DNA of 64,000 nt from Escherichia coli (GCF_048403405.1 NZ_CP183129.1); one strand, 5' to 3'. Positions 1-14,336 are shown, counted from the first letter of the stretch. Program-made: numbers and translations. The notes: generated by a model from the letters alone, not told the origin.

Positions 1-2
1 TC

Positions 3-80
3 CAGGCAGAGCATGAGGAATTTGCATTTGATATGAGCGACAGCCACAAAGAGCGACTTGCGGCGTTTGATGGGGTATGA
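3..80 (+). CDS. 3' end of an unidentified ORF entering from upstream of the window (C-terminus ...QAEHEEFAFDMSDSHKERLAAFDGV)
   Basis: Open frame 3 from the window edge to TGA at 78-80; its stop overlaps the ATG of the next ORF (ATGA), suggesting translational coupling. No family recognised. Confidence 0.25.
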   Translation, partial: QAEHEEFAFDMSDSHKERLAAFDGV

Positions 81-367
81 CGAGAATGACTGAAACTGAT
101 CTACTAAAAATAATTCGCCGCATTACCGGAATCAGTCAGCAGCCTGACGAACAGGCTACACAGCCGGACAGCGTGATAGCCGAAAATTACGCGCGTGTGG
201 TGGCTGAGGTGATGCGCCGTGACGGTATTGAGCTTAACGGCGTGGATATGCGCAACATACGAACCAGAGTCCTTGAGTTGCTGGCATACCGTCGCCGTTC
301 TCAACAACGGAGGGAGAGCGCGAAAAATACTTACCAGTGGAAGAAGCCGGAACGACTGCGGCGGTAA
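77..367 (+). CDS. hypothetical protein, 96 aa, basic C-terminus; not recognised
   Basis: ORF-track ORF with E. coli-like codon composition, ATGA-coupled to the upstream frame. It sits where I expect yhdJ downstream of fis; no minus-strand ORF here resembles a methyltransferase. Confidence 0.4.
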   Translation: MTRMTETDLLKIIRRITGISQQPDEQATQPDSVIAENYARVVAEVMRRDGIELNGVDMRNIRTRVLELLAYRRRSQQRRESAKNTYQWKKPERLRR

Positions 368-1086
368 CTTGCTGATATTCCCGATAACGCAAAATTGCGT
401 TGGCTGGCATAGTGCAAATTTGCACGATGACCTAACCCATTGACTTTTCTTCAATCCTCAATTTTGAGGAGGCCGGAAGATAAAAAACTGTCAAAACTTG
501 TCATGCAAAACGTTACCAGCACGGCTATTGATTTATTCGGCCCCTGCAACTGCTCCCAGAATGGTGGGGATCTGAAATCCGACCCTGAAAAAGTGCGCAA
601 AAGTGGTACGCAAAAATTAGCGTCCAGCCACAGCCACCAGCTAGACAGAACGCCCAGAGCATTGTCAGTAACTGGTTGATATTCCCGACAGCCCCAAAAT
701 GGGTTGGCTGGTGGGTGAGTTGCAGATCTGCAACTCGACCATGAAACTACGGAAACTACCCGTAGTTTGGGTAGTAAGAGTAACACCCAGATTCTGGGGC
801 TTACTCGCGATACCCAAATAAAGGGTATCGGTGGACGAAATATTATTTCTCATATGTGAGCACCGAAGGCGGAATTCCGCCCTCGGTTATCTATCATGCA
901 CAGGGAGAAGCAGGGCAAAACTCTTGCCATGGCGTCTTCCGGACCGCTCACCACACCGTTTTTATCCCCATTAAAAATGAAAAAACACATCACTGCGGAG
1001 ACATAACCACTGGCAGGTATCTATTCTATTTATTATTGTTCGGTTTCGTTCGTGCTTATGTGCAGTCAGTGGTGCAGTCATTTTAA

Positions 1087-1125
1087 TAAAAAAGGCGCTT
1101 CCCCATGCCGAGTAGCGCCTTTTTA
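1087..1125. terminator. bidirectional rho-independent terminator downstream of fis
   Basis: A-run, 7-bp stem AGGCGCT/AGCGCCT, T-run; reads as hairpin plus U-tract on both strands, immediately 3' of the fis stop. Confidence 0.6.
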
Positions 1126-1148
1126 ATCAAGCATTTAGCTAACCTGAA

Positions 1149-1445
1149 TTAGTTCATGCCGTATTTTTTCAATTTTTTACGCAGCGTACCACGGTTGATG
1201 CCCATCATCAGCGCAGCACGGGTCTGGTTACCACGGGTGTATTGCATCACCATGTCCAACAGGGGCTGTTCTACTTCAGCCAGTACCAGCTCATAGAGGT
1301 CATTCACATCCTGACCGTTCAGTTGAGCAAAATAGTTCTTCAGTGCCTGTTTAACCGAGTCACGCAGGGGTTTTTGGGTTACCTGATCCTGAGAGTTAAC
1401 GGTAGAAACGGTCAGTACGTCAGAATTTACGCGTTGTTCGAACAT
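1149..1445 (-). CDS. fis: DNA-binding protein Fis (nucleoid-associated global regulator)
   Basis: 98-aa translation [21 protein letters not shown]...[13 protein letters not shown] matches Fis. Confidence 0.98.
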
Positions 1446-1470
1446 AGTTCTGTCAGCTCTTTATTTCTGT

Positions 1471-2436
1471 TTACGCAAAATTTTCGAAGTATGCCTCCAA
1501 CGCCTCCAGCTGTTCGCTGGCATCCTCAATGGCGTTGAATGTGCGCCGAAACTGGTCATTTGGAGCGTGTTCCTGGAGATACCAGGAAACGTGTTTACGT
1601 GCAATTCGGTACCCTTTTGCCGGACCATAAAAGTCATGCAGTTCCCGAACGTGCGCGCAAAGCAAGCGCTTAACCTCTGCCAAAGGCAGCGGGGGCAGCA
1701 ACTCCCCAGTGTCCAGATAATGCTGGATTTCCCGAAAGATCCAGGGTCTTCCCTGAGCTGCGCGGCCTATCATCAGGGCATCCGCCCCTGTATAGTCGAG
1801 CACAGCTCTGGCTTTAAGCGGGTCAGTAATGTCGCCATTCGCGATAACCGGAATGGAAACTTTCTGCTTAACTGCCCGAATACTGTCGTACTCAGCTTCT
1901 CCATTGAACAAACAGGCGCGTGTACGGCCATGAATGGTCAGAGCCTGAATGCCACAGTCTTCAGCCAGTTGGGCAATCTCTTCGCAGTTACGGTGTTCCG
2001 GTGCCCAGCCGGTGCGAATCTTCAGGGTAACAGGAACGTCCACTGCATTGACGACCTCGGTAAGGATCGATTTAACGACATCCGGGTACTGCAAGAGGGC
2101 TGAACCTGCGAGCTTGCGATTCACTTTTTTAGCCGGGCAACCCATATTGATATCAATAATCTGGGCACCGCTTTCCACGTTAATACGTGCTGCATCTGCC
2201 ATTTCTTTCGGATCGCTACCAGCAATTTGCACGGTGCGAATACCGGGTTCATCAATGTGCACCATCCGTAAACGAGATTTGTCGCTTTCCCAAACCTGAG
2301 GGTTAGAAGACATCATCTCGGATACTGTCAATCCGGCTCCCATCTCGTAGCACAACGTCCGAAAAGGTCTGTCTGTAATGCCAGCCATGGGCGCTGCGAT
2401 CAGGCGATTTCTGAGCTGATATTGTCCGATGCGCAT
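1471..2436 (-). CDS. dusB: tRNA-dihydrouridine synthase B
   Basis: 321 aa, Dus family motifs, immediately upstream of fis in the same operon. Confidence 0.95.
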   Translation of the reverse strand: MRIGQYQLRNRLIAAPMAGITDRPFRTLCYEMGAGLTVSEMMSSNPQVWESDKSRLRMVHIDEPGIRTVQIAGSDPKEMADAARINVESGAQIIDINMGCPAKKVNRKLAGSALLQYPDVVKSILTEVVNAVDVPVTLKIRTGWAPEHRNCEEIAQLAEDCGIQALTIHGRTRACLFNGEAEYDSIRAVKQKVSIPVIANGDITDPLKARAVLDYTGADALMIGRAAQGRPWIFREIQHYLDTGELLPPLPLAEVKRLLCAHVRELHDFYGPAKGYRIARKHVSWYLQEHAPNDQFRRTFNAIEDASEQLEALEAYFENFA

Positions 2437-2620
2437 GAGTTAAGAAATGACCATACTGTGACTGCAAGGCGGCGTATATTACGCATTTTTTGCACGAGAT
2501 GAAAGGCCAAACTTTGACCAATCCTCTGAGATGGATCAAAGAATTGCATTTAAAATGAGCGTGGCGCGATAATTACTCATAAAAATCATCATATTAGAAA
2601 ATGTTGACTAAAATTTACAC
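2437..2620 (-). promoter_or_regulatory. dusB-fis operon promoter region
   Basis: AT-rich region directly upstream of the dusB start; known to carry the growth-phase regulated fis promoter. Individual sites not mapped here. Confidence 0.4.
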
Positions 2621-2763
2621 TCCAAGAAATTTGAGTAAGTTCTCAATTTTTCTTTATGAATGAAAATTTTGGCACGCAAATTTGCGTAAATAATCAGCAA
2701 ATTTACGTGCCTTTTGTGAGCTTGCTCGCACTTCGGCTTGGTCACCTTACGGTGATGCGAAGG

Positions 2764-3645
2764 TTAATTCTTACGACCGGTAATGCGGCACCACTCTTCT
2801 TTTTCCACGACCGGGTCCAGTGCGAAGCTGTCGGCATAAGCTTCGCAAACGCTCTCTGCCTGGCTTGCCAGAATACCGGAAAGGCCCAGCAAACCGCCTG
2901 AAACCGGCAGGACGCTGATTAACGGTGCCAGTTCACGTAATGGGCCTGCAAGGATGTTAGCGACCACCACGTCGGCTTTCATTTCTTCTGGCTGATCTTT
3001 CGGTAAGTAGAGTTCCAGACGGTCAGAGACGCCATTACGTTCCGCGTTGTCGCGGCTGGCCTGAATCGCCTGCGGATCGATATCAATACCAATGGCTTTT
3101 GCTGCACCCAGTTTCAGCGCCGCGATAGCCAGAATGCCGGAACCACAGCCAAAGTCGATGACTGTTTTACCGGTTAAATCGAGGCTGTCGAGCCATTGCA
3201 GGCACAGAGAGGTAGTTGGATGGGTACCCGTACCAAACGCCAGCCCTGGGTCTAACATTACGTTGACGGCGTTTTCGTCCGGCACATCACGCCAGCTTGG
3301 GCAGATCCACAGTCGTTCACCAAAGCGCATCGGGTGGAAATTATCCATCCATTCGCGCTCCCAGTCTTTATCTTCCAGTTGTTCGATTTTATGCGCGAAG
3401 ACTGCGCCGAGCAGCGGATGGTTTTCCAGAATCGCCACCACGTCGTTCATATCGGTTTCAGCGTCGAACAGACCAATCACATCGGTGTCGCCCCACAGGC
3501 GCGTTTCGCCCGGCAGCGGCTCAAACACAGGCGTATCGTGGGTATCCTGAAAAGTGATAGAAACGGCACCCGCTTCCATCAGCGCATCGCTAAGATCTTC
3601 CGCGTTCGCGCCGGTGGTGTTCAGTTTCAGTTGGATCCAAGGCAT
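2764..3645 (-). CDS. prmA: ribosomal protein L11 methyltransferase
   Basis: 293 aa, [11 protein letters not shown]... N-terminus and SAM-binding motif [13 protein letters not shown]. Confidence 0.95.
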   Translation of the reverse strand: MPWIQLKLNTTGANAEDLSDALMEAGAVSITFQDTHDTPVFEPLPGETRLWGDTDVIGLFDAETDMNDVVAILENHPLLGAVFAHKIEQLEDKDWEREWMDNFHPMRFGERLWICPSWRDVPDENAVNVMLDPGLAFGTGTHPTTSLCLQWLDSLDLTGKTVIDFGCGSGILAIAALKLGAAKAIGIDIDPQAIQASRDNAERNGVSDRLELYLPKDQPEEMKADVVVANILAGPLRELAPLISVLPVSGGLLGLSGILASQAESVCEAYADSFALDPVVEKEEWCRITGRKN

Positions 3646-3656
3646 GGCAAAACTCT

Positions 3657-5108
3657 TTATTTATCAGTAGTCAAAACGGTAGCTTGCGGGACGGATGTAC
3701 CGAAACGGTTTCCGACCAGGAAAGCCAGCAAACTTAGTAGTAACGAGGGCACGATAGGGTGGAAGCCCAGGTACTGAATATTCAGCGTCGCGAGTACGGC
3801 ATACAGCACGCCGCCAACGATCATCGCACTTAGCGCGCCTTTGGCGTTGGCGCGTTCCCAGTAAAGACCCAGCACCAGCGGCCACAGGAAAACGGCTTCC
3901 AGCCCACCGAAGGCCAGCAAATTCAGCCAGATGATCATTTCTGGCGGCTTCCAGGCGGCAAGCAGCAGCAACGCACCGAGAACTAACGTAATTACCGCCG
4001 ACATCCGCTTCAGACGCGTCTCGTTTTGCATTTGATCCGGACGGATATTCAAATAGAGATCTTTAATGATCGTAGCGGAACTTTGCAGCAACTGGGCATT
4101 GATCGTCGACATGATCGCAGCCATAGGTGCAGCCAGGAAGATCCCGGCAGCAAACGGTGGCAACACTTTTACCATTAACGTCGGGATCACCAGGTCCGGT
4201 ACGGTGAGATCGGGGATCACCGCCCGACCTAACGCTCCGGCCAGGTGCATACCGAACATCAGGATTGCGACCACAATCGTACCGATGATGATCCCCCGAT
4301 GTACGGCTTTGCTGTCTTTATAAGAGATACAGCGCACCGCAGTATGCGGCAGGCCAATCACGCCAAAACACACCAGCACCCAGAACGACGTCATAAACGC
4401 AGGCGACAGAATATCGTCAGCGCCTTGTGGCGTAACCAGTTGCGGATCGATGGTTTGCAGCGTCTCTACCGCATTGCTTAAGCCGCCAGCAGCATGGACC
4501 ACGCCAATAAGCAGCACAATGGTGCCAATCAGCATCACCAGCCCTTGCATGGTGTCGTTCAGCACGCTGGCGCGAAAGCCACCAAAGGCGGTGTAGAGCG
4601 CAATGCTGATGCCAAAAATCAGCAAACCTGTTTCATAAGGAATACCCGCCGCAGTTTCCAGCAGGCGCGCACCGCCGATAAACTGCACGGCCATCGCACC
4701 AACGAACGCAACCAGCAAACTCAAACTCGCCAGCCACACCAGCAGACGACTCTGGTAGCGGGCAAATAGCATATCGTTCAGCGTCACCGCATTGTAGCGG
4801 CGCGCAAGAATCGCGAACTTCTTGCCGAGAATACCGAGCGAAAGCCAGACCGCAGGAAGCTGAATCATCGCCAGCAATACCCAACCCAGGCCGTATTTAT
4901 AAGCAGCGCCAGGCCCGCCGATAAACGAACTGGCACTGATATAGGTCGCGGTGAGCGTCATCGCTAGCACAATACCGCCCATAGAGCGGCTACCGAGGAA
5001 ATACTCATTAAGGAAGGTGCCGGTGCTCCGTTTACGCATCGCATAAACAGAGATACCGAACACCACCACCAGATAGGCGACCAGCGGTAGAATCACTTCA
5101 AGCTGCAT
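3657..5108 (-). CDS. panF: sodium/pantothenate symporter
   Basis: Multi-TM SSS-family translation; start set at MQLEVILPL (483 aa); the track ORF begins 2 codons earlier at 5114. Confidence 0.93.
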   Translation of the reverse strand: MQLEVILPLVAYLVVVFGISVYAMRKRSTGTFLNEYFLGSRSMGGIVLAMTLTATYISASSFIGGPGAAYKYGLGWVLLAMIQLPAVWLSLGILGKKFAILARRYNAVTLNDMLFARYQSRLLVWLASLSLLVAFVGAMAVQFIGGARLLETAAGIPYETGLLIFGISIALYTAFGGFRASVLNDTMQGLVMLIGTIVLLIGVVHAAGGLSNAVETLQTIDPQLVTPQGADDILSPAFMTSFWVLVCFGVIGLPHTAVRCISYKDSKAVHRGIIIGTIVVAILMFGMHLAGALGRAVIPDLTVPDLVIPTLMVKVLPPFAAGIFLAAPMAAIMSTINAQLLQSSATIIKDLYLNIRPDQMQNETRLKRMSAVITLVLGALLLLAAWKPPEMIIWLNLLAFGGLEAVFLWPLVLGLYWERANAKGALSAMIVGGVLYAVLATLNIQYLGFHPIVPSLLLSLLAFLVGNRFGTSVPQATVLTTDK

Positions 5109-5340
5109 CGTCATCCTCCAGTGGGATATCGCGATAGATAAATTTCACCATCGCCCAGCACAGTCCAATAAACAGCAGCGGCGTCAGGATGCAGGCCATC
5201 TCAAACCAGCGCGGAAAGCCGGTAAAACCGGGGGCAACGCCAGGTAAGTAAGCGGCTACTAACCATACCGCCAGATACAAAAGGGTCAGCCCCAGCGCCC
5301 AGCGCGCCTCTTTATGGGCCTGAACAAAACGAGTGTCCAT
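5098..5340 (-). CDS. yhdT: small inner-membrane protein YhdT (DUF997)
   Basis: 80 aa with two hydrophobic segments; overlaps the panF start by 11 bp as a coupled pair. Confidence 0.85.
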   Translation of the reverse strand: MDTRFVQAHKEARWALGLTLLYLAVWLVAAYLPGVAPGFTGFPRWFEMACILTPLLFIGLCWAMVKFIYRDIPLEDDDAA

Positions 5341-5448
5341 TTTTTGTCCCTGATGGGTGAAGAAAGCGGGGATTGTACCTTATGGGGGTTGTCGATCCCC
5401 AGTAATAAAAAAGGCCGGAAAATCCGGCCTTTTGACGCTTTTGCAGTC

Positions 5449-6798
5449 TTATTTTTCCTGAAGACCGAGTTTTTTCTCCAGATAGTGGATATTAGTACCA
5501 CCATGCTGGAAGTTCTCGTCATTCATGATGCGGATCTGTAGATCAACGTTGGTTTTGATACCGTCGATGATCAGCTCCTGCAGCGCATTCTTCATGCGGG
5601 CAATCGCCACGTCACGGTTTTCACCGTAGCAAATCAGCTTACCGATCATTGAGTCATAGTACGGCGGTACGGTGTAGCCCGCGTAGATATGAGACTCCCA
5701 ACGTACGCCAAAACCGCCAGGTGCGTGGAAACGGGTAATTTTGCCCGGACTTGGCAGGAAGGTGTTCGGATCTTCGGCGTTGATACGACATTCCACCGCA
5801 TGGCCGCGAACGTGAACTTCTTCTTGCTTGATCGACAGCGGTTGACCAGCAGCGATACGCAGCTGTTCTTTGATCAGGTCAACGCCGGTGATCATTTCAG
5901 TAACCGGGTGTTCTACCTGAATACGGGTGTTCATTTCGATGAAATAGAACTCGCCGTTTTCGAACAGGAACTCGAAAGTACCCGCACCGCGATAGCCGAT
6001 ATCAATACATGCTTTAGCGCAACGTTCGCCGATGTAGCGACGCAGTTCCGGGGTAATGCCTGGTGCTGGTGCTTCTTCGACCACTTTCTGGTGGCGGCGC
6101 TGCATGGAGCAGTCACGTTCCGCCAGATAGATAGCGTTGCCCTGACCGTCAGCCAGTACCTGAATCTCGACGTGGCGAGGATTTTCCAGGTATTTCTCCA
6201 TGTAAACCATATCGTTGCTGAAAGCAGCTTTCGCTTCCGCACGGGTCATGGAGATGGATTGTGCCAGTTCAGCGTCGCCGCGCACTACGCGCATACCGCG
6301 ACCGCCGCCGCCGCCGGAGGCTTTGATAATCACCGGATAACCAATGCGTTTAGCAATGGCGCGGTTTTTATCCATATCGTCGCCCAGCGGGCCGTCAGAA
6401 CCCGGTACGCAAGGAACACCCGCTTTTTTCATCGCCGCGATTGCGGATACTTTGTCGCCCATCAGGCGAATGGTTTCTGCTTTCGGGCCGATGAAGATAA
6501 AGCCGGAGCGTTCAACCTGCTCGGCAAAATTGGCGTTCTCGGAGAGGAAGCCGTAACCCGGATGGATTGCTACTGCGCCGGTGATTTCAGCGGCGCTGAT
6601 GATTGCCGGGATGTTCAGATAACTTTTTACTGACGGAGCAGGGCCGATACAGACCGTTTCATCTGCCAGTAATACGTGTTTTAGATCGCGATCCGCGCTG
6701 GAGTGCACAGCGACAGTCTTGATGCCCAGTTCTTTACAGGCACGAAGAATACGCAATGCAATCTCGCCGCGGTTGGCAATAACAATTTTATCCAGCAT
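5449..6798 (-). CDS. accC: biotin carboxylase subunit of acetyl-CoA carboxylase
   Basis: 449 aa from [16 protein letters not shown]; the track ORF extends 13 codons upstream into the accB-accC spacer. Confidence 0.97.
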   Translation of the reverse strand: MLDKIVIANRGEIALRILRACKELGIKTVAVHSSADRDLKHVLLADETVCIGPAPSVKSYLNIPAIISAAEITGAVAIHPGYGFLSENANFAEQVERSGFIFIGPKAETIRLMGDKVSAIAAMKKAGVPCVPGSDGPLGDDMDKNRAIAKRIGYPVIIKASGGGGGRGMRVVRGDAELAQSISMTRAEAKAAFSNDMVYMEKYLENPRHVEIQVLADGQGNAIYLAERDCSMQRRHQKVVEEAPAPGITPELRRYIGERCAKACIDIGYRGAGTFEFLFENGEFYFIEMNTRIQVEHPVTEMITGVDLIKEQLRIAAGQPLSIKQEEVHVRGHAVECRINAEDPNTFLPSPGKITRFHAPGGFGVRWESHIYAGYTVPPYYDSMIGKLICYGENRDVAIARMKNALQELIIDGIKTNVDLQIRIMNDENFQHGGTNIHYLEKKLGLQEK

Positions 6799-6808
6799 GT
6801 TCGCCTCG

Positions 6809-7279
6809 TTACTCGATGACGACCAGCGGCTCGTCAAATTCTACCGGTTGTCCACTTTCGACCAGAATTGCTTTCACGGTACCGGATTTGTCCGCTTCGA
6901 TCTGGTTCATCATTTTCATGGCTTCAACGATGCACAGGGTATCGCCCACGTTGACTTTCTGACCCACTTCGATGAACGCTTTCGCGTCCGGGCTTGGGGT
7001 GCGGTAGAAAGTACCAACCATCGGGGAACGTACGATGTGACCACTGATTTCCGCTGCTGCTGGCGCTTCCATGGAAGGAACGGTCGCCGGAGCGGCTGCG
7101 TTAGATTGAGCTGGCTGCTGCATCATTGGTGCAGCGTAAGCTTGTTGCATCACAGGGAAACTTGCGGCAGGAGCTGCACGGCTGATGCGTACTGACTCTT
7201 CGCCTTCGGAGATTTCCAGTTCGGAGATGCCTGATTCTTCAACCAGCTCGATCAGTTTTTTAATCTTACGAATATCCAT
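6809..7279 (-). CDS. accB: biotin carboxyl carrier protein
   Basis: 156 aa, [22 protein letters not shown]..., Ala/Pro-rich linker and biotinylation motif EAMKMMN. Confidence 0.97.
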
Positions 7280-8256
7280 GAGTGGGTTCCGTACTCTTTG
7301 TTTAGTGTGATTGTGACAGGCGTTTCACCGCCGTCTGTAAAGCGTATGCCCCGACAGCTGTATGCATAGCGATAAATTCCAGCAGGCCGGGACGCCGGTC
7401 TATTTTGCCCCAGAGTGTCAATGTTAGACTTGACGGACATTGTGCAGCGATCTGCTGCTATCCTCCGGCAAAAAACAAAATATACCTTCGTTGCGCCAAT
7501 GTCACCTTTTCCGCAGCGCAAAAACTGCGTCAGGGAGGACGAGGTCGCACATTATAACGATTTCGTAGCAATTGGCAGCTAAATACTGGTCTTATCAGGG
7601 AAGATAATCAACAGCTAACATGTAAATAACCTTCAACACCGTGTAATTTGCAACAAGCCGCACAATTCACGAAATTAGCGCCATCATCGACGGAACTTCT
7701 TATAACGTAAGGCTAAAAGCTGTAAAGCCAGCCCTGCGAAGATGAGGGGCTGTAATGAGATAATCTTCACAGACCACAAATAATGTAGGGATGCCAGGAT
7801 CGCGACAAGATAGACGACATTACGCAGCGGTTGCTGAGGATTACGCAATTTTCACTGTATCGTCTGGATAGATGTGAATGCTAAAGCACGCAAAATCAAC
7901 CGTCTGACAATGCTCAGCATCAAATACGTTCGAGTGGTTAATTTGTAGGCAAATAAAATCAGATTATTCACCCCATGGTACCAGAAATCAGTAACAGGTT
8001 AAGCGTAGCGTCGCCCAGGCAAAGCACCATAAACCTAACAGGCGACGGAGGCGTATCAATAATGGCTGTTTAGTGGAGTAACAGTGCGCATCAATTTATG
8101 GTCAGTCGAAATCATGACGTTCCAGTTTGGATGATGTTGTACAACTTCATGACCAAGATGTTCGACGAAAGCTGTCCGGCTAACCGCTTTTCCCGTTAAC
8201 CGATTGAATAATGATTTCAAAATGAGTTCCCTCTCTTATTAATCCTTGCTAAATGG

Positions 8257-9231
8257 TTAGTTAACCTTCACCAGCGTGCGACCCTGGATCTGGTTATTAA
8301 TGATGGCCTCGGCAAACTTCGGTGCCTCTGCCAGAGATATCTCTTGTGCCGCCTGGGTATAGAATGATTCCGGTAAATCGGCGACCAATCGCTGCCAGGC
8401 TTGTGCGCGGCGTGTTGGTGGCGTCATCACTGAATCCACCCCCTGTAAACGGACATTACGCAGAATAAATGGCATGACCGTGGTCGGCAGAGTGAAACCA
8501 CCCGCCAGACCACAGGCCGCCACGCAGCCGCCGTAATTCATTTGCGCCAGCACTTTTGCCAGCACTTTGTCGCCAACGGTGTCAATTGCCCCAGCCCAGA
8601 CTTGTTTTTCCAGAGGACGGGATTCGGCAAACTCATCGCGAGGGAGAATACGGCTGGCTCCTAAACTTTTCAGATATTCATGGGTACTTTCGCGACCAGA
8701 AACGGCAACGACCTGATAACCCAACTTATGCAGCAGCGCCACGGCGGTACTGCCGACGCCACCACTGGCACCCGTCACGACAATCTCCCCATCCTGCGGG
8801 CGAACACCGGCATCTTCCAGCGCCATCACACACAGCATGGCGGTAAAACCGGCAGTACCGATAATCATTGCTTTACGCGCGTCCAGCCCTTGCGGCATGG
8901 CAACCAGCCAGTCACCTTTCACTCGCGCCTGCTCCGCCAGCCCCCCCCAGTGGTTTTCACCAACGCCCCAGCCAGTGAGTAACACCTCCTGACCGGCATG
9001 AAAACGCGGATCTTCGCTGGTGCGTACAGTTCCGGCAAAATCGATCCCAGGAATCATCGGAAAATTACGGATGATTTTTCCCTTACCGGTAATTGCCAGC
9101 GCATCTTTGTAGTTCAGGCTCGACCAATGAACATCAACCGTGACATCGCCCTCCGGCAGGCAACTTTCGTCCAGAGTCTTTACCGATGCGAGAGTTTTGC
9201 CGTCCTGCTGTTCTAAAAGTAACGCCTGCAT
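8257..9231 (-). CDS. acuI: acrylyl-CoA reductase / MDR-family NADPH oxidoreductase
   Basis: 324 aa MDR-family translation (former yhdH); position between accB and csrD. Confidence 0.9.
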   Translation of the reverse strand: MQALLLEQQDGKTLASVKTLDESCLPEGDVTVDVHWSSLNYKDALAITGKGKIIRNFPMIPGIDFAGTVRTSEDPRFHAGQEVLLTGWGVGENHWGGLAEQARVKGDWLVAMPQGLDARKAMIIGTAGFTAMLCVMALEDAGVRPQDGEIVVTGASGGVGSTAVALLHKLGYQVVAVSGRESTHEYLKSLGASRILPRDEFAESRPLEKQVWAGAIDTVGDKVLAKVLAQMNYGGCVAACGLAGGFTLPTTVMPFILRNVRLQGVDSVMTPPTRRAQAWQRLVADLPESFYTQAAQEISLAEAPKFAEAIINNQIQGRTLVKVN

Positions 9232-9382
9232 AAGTGGTCCTCATGTGCATGATGGATTGGAAAATAATTTCTGAAGACTATACTCGCTAATGGAAAAGCA
9301 AAGCCGATGAAGCGCAATAAATTGCGAGATAAATCTGATTTGCTAGTATGCCCGCTTCCTCACTATCGGAGTTAACACAAGG

Positions 9383-11323
9383 ATGAGATTAACGACGAAA
9401 TTTTCGGCCTTTGTTACGCTGCTCACCGGGTTAACAATTTTTGTGACTTTGCTGGGCTGTTCGCTAAGTTTCTACAACGCCATTCAGTATAAGTTTAGTC
9501 ATCGCGTTCAGGCGGTGGCGACGGCGATTGATACCCACCTTGTGTCGAATGACTTCAGCGCATTAAGGCCACAAATTACCGAATTAATGATGTCAGCAGA
9601 TATCGTTCGTGTAGACCTGCTGCATGGTGATAAACAGGTTTATACCCTCGCCAGAAATGGTAGTTATCGTCCGGTTGGCACCAGCGATCTGTTTCGCGAA
9701 CTGAGCGTTCCGTTGATAAAGCATCCGGGGATGTCGCTGCGTCTGGTTTATCAGGATCCGATGGGCAACTATTTCCATTCGTTGATGACCACCGCGCCGC
9801 TCACGGGGGCGATTGGCTTTATCATTCTTATGCTCTTCCTGGCGGTACGCTGGTTACAACGGCAACTTGCCGGGCAAGAATTGCTGGAAACCCGGGCTAC
9901 TCGTATCTTAAACGGTGAGCGTGGCTCTAATGTGTTGGGAACCATCTATGAATGGCCGCCCAGAACCAGCAGTGCGCTGGATACGCTGCTTCGTGAAATT
10001 CAGAACGCACGCGAACAACACAGCCGTCTTGATACGCTGATCCGCTCTTATGCCGCCCAGGACATGAAAACCGGCCTCAATAACCGACTCTTTTTCGATA
10101 ATCAGTTAGCAACGTTACTGGAAGATCAAGAGAAAGTAGGTACCCACGGGATCGTGATGATGATTCGTCTGCCGGATTTCAATATGTTGAGTGATACCTG
10201 GGGGCACAGCCAGGTTGAAGAACAGTTCTTCTCTCTGACGAATCTGCTATCGACATTTATGATGCGCTACCCTGGCGCACTGCTGGCGCGTTACCACCGC
10301 AGTGATTTTGCTGTGCTGTTACCGCACCGGACGTTAAAAGAGGCAGAGAGCATCGCCGGTCAGTTAATCAAAGCCGTCGATACCTTGCCGAACAATAAAA
10401 TGCTCGATCGCGACGATATGATCCACATTGGTATCTGCGCCTGGCGTAGTGGTCAGGATACCGAGCAGGTAATGGAACATGCAGAGTCTGCCACGCGTAA
10501 TGCGGGATTGCAGGGCGGCAATAGCTGGGCTATTTACGATGACTCGTTGCCTGAAAAAGGACGCGGTAATGTTCGCTGGCGTACGCTTATCGAGCAAATG
10601 CTGAGTCGCGGCGGCCCGCGCCTTTATCAAAAACCGGCGGTTACTCGCGAAGGTCAGGTTCATCATCGCGAACTCATGTGCCGCATCTTCGATGGTAACG
10701 AAGAGGTTAGCTCGGCGGAGTATATGCCGATGGTCTTGCAGTTTGGCTTATCGGAAGAGTATGACCGCCTGCAAATCAGCCGTCTTATTCCACTATTGCG
10801 TTACTGGCCTGAGGAAAATCTGGCGATTCAGGTTACCGTTGAGTCGCTGATTCGCCCGCGTTTTCAGCGTTGGCTGCGCGATACGTTAATGCAATGTGAA
10901 AGATCGCAACGAAAACGCATAATTATTGAACTTGCAGAGGCCGATGTAGGTCAACATATCAGTCGTTTACAACCTGTTATTCGTTTAGTGAATGCTTTAG
11001 GGGTACGGGTAGCCGTCAACCAGGCTGGTTTGACGCTGGTAAGCACCAGTTGGATCAAAGAACTTAATGTTGAGTTACTCAAGCTCCATCCGGGGCTGGT
11101 CAGAAACATTGAGAAGCGAACGGAGAACCAGCTGCTGGTTCAAAGCCTGGTGGAAGCCTGCTCCGGGACCAGCACCCAGGTTTACGCCACCGGCGTGCGT
11201 TCGCGAAGCGAGTGGCAGACCCTGATTCAGCGCGGTGTTACAGGTGGGCAAGGGGATTTTTTCGCGTCCTCACAGCCACTTGATACTAACGTGAAAAAAT
11301 ATTCACAAAGATACTCGGTTTAA
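9383..11323 (+). CDS. csrD: RNase E specificity factor CsrD (degenerate GGDEF-EAL protein)
   Basis: 646 aa, N-terminal TM segment, immediately upstream of mreB. Confidence 0.92.
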   Translation: MRLTTKFSAFVTLLTGLTIFVTLLGCSLSFYNAIQYKFSHRVQAVATAIDTHLVSNDFSALRPQITELMMSADIVRVDLLHGDKQVYTLARNGSYRPVGTSDLFRELSVPLIKHPGMSLRLVYQDPMGNYFHSLMTTAPLTGAIGFIILMLFLAVRWLQRQLAGQELLETRATRILNGERGSNVLGTIYEWPPRTSSALDTLLREIQNAREQHSRLDTLIRSYAAQDMKTGLNNRLFFDNQLATLLEDQEKVGTHGIVMMIRLPDFNMLSDTWGHSQVEEQFFSLTNLLSTFMMRYPGALLARYHRSDFAVLLPHRTLKEAESIAGQLIKAVDTLPNNKMLDRDDMIHIGICAWRSGQDTEQVMEHAESATRNAGLQGGNSWAIYDDSLPEKGRGNVRWRTLIEQMLSRGGPRLYQKPAVTREGQVHHRELMCRIFDGNEEVSSAEYMPMVLQFGLSEEYDRLQISRLIPLLRYWPEENLAIQVTVESLIRPRFQRWLRDTLMQCERSQRKRIIIELAEADVGQHISRLQPVIRLVNALGVRVAVNQAGLTLVSTSWIKELNVELLKLHPGLVRNIEKRTENQLLVQSLVEACSGTSTQVYATGVRSRSEWQTLIQRGVTGGQGDFFASSQPLDTNVKKYSQRYSV

Positions 11324-11501
11324 CCTGCCGTTTAATCCGTTTTCACGTAGAATAACGCGCGCTGCGTCTCATGGGAGTGTGCTTGTCTGCTCGCCAGATT
11401 GTTGCAGCACATATGCAGATGAATGACCTTACGCGGTTGCAAACAGGCGAGGAATGCTGCTGATGCATTAAGCCTTTCTGGACTCAGGCAGAGATTTGTA
11501 A

Positions 11502-12671
<1,170 letters not shown>

Positions 12672-12736
12672 TCGGATGCAGGCAGGGGAAATGTCTGTTT
12701 ACCCTGCCTGGTCTGATACGAGAATACGCATAACTT

Positions 12737-14328
<1,592 letters not shown>

Positions 14329-14336
14329 AGGTTTCT

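Noticed and set aside
856-1086. 76-aa plus-strand ORF ending just before the fis terminator
   Set aside because: No plausible RBS, an odd His/Cys-rich then hydrophobic translation, no recognisable family. Kept only as part of the unexplained region in the first finding.
5689-6633. 314-aa plus-strand ORF antisense to accC, and many similar long antisense ORFs in the track (inside gltB, yhdP, nanT, dcuD, rpoN and others)
   Set aside because: They lie wholly inside well-supported genes on the opposite strand, have low-complexity Arg/His/Cys-rich translations and no recognisable domains; these are the usual GC-driven shadow ORFs.
8098-8199. 33-aa small ORF (MVSRNHDVPVWMMLYNFMTKMFDESCPANRFSR) in the 977-bp accB-acuI non-coding gap
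   Set aside because: No Shine-Dalgarno sequence and no support beyond being open. The long gap itself is what I expect upstream of accB, which has a long leader.
12679-12710. 9-bp-stem hairpin (CAGGCAGGG...CCCTGCCTG) between mreB and mreC
   Set aside because: No U-tract follows; it could be an attenuator or processing site in the mreBCD transcript, but the sequence alone does not support a terminator call.
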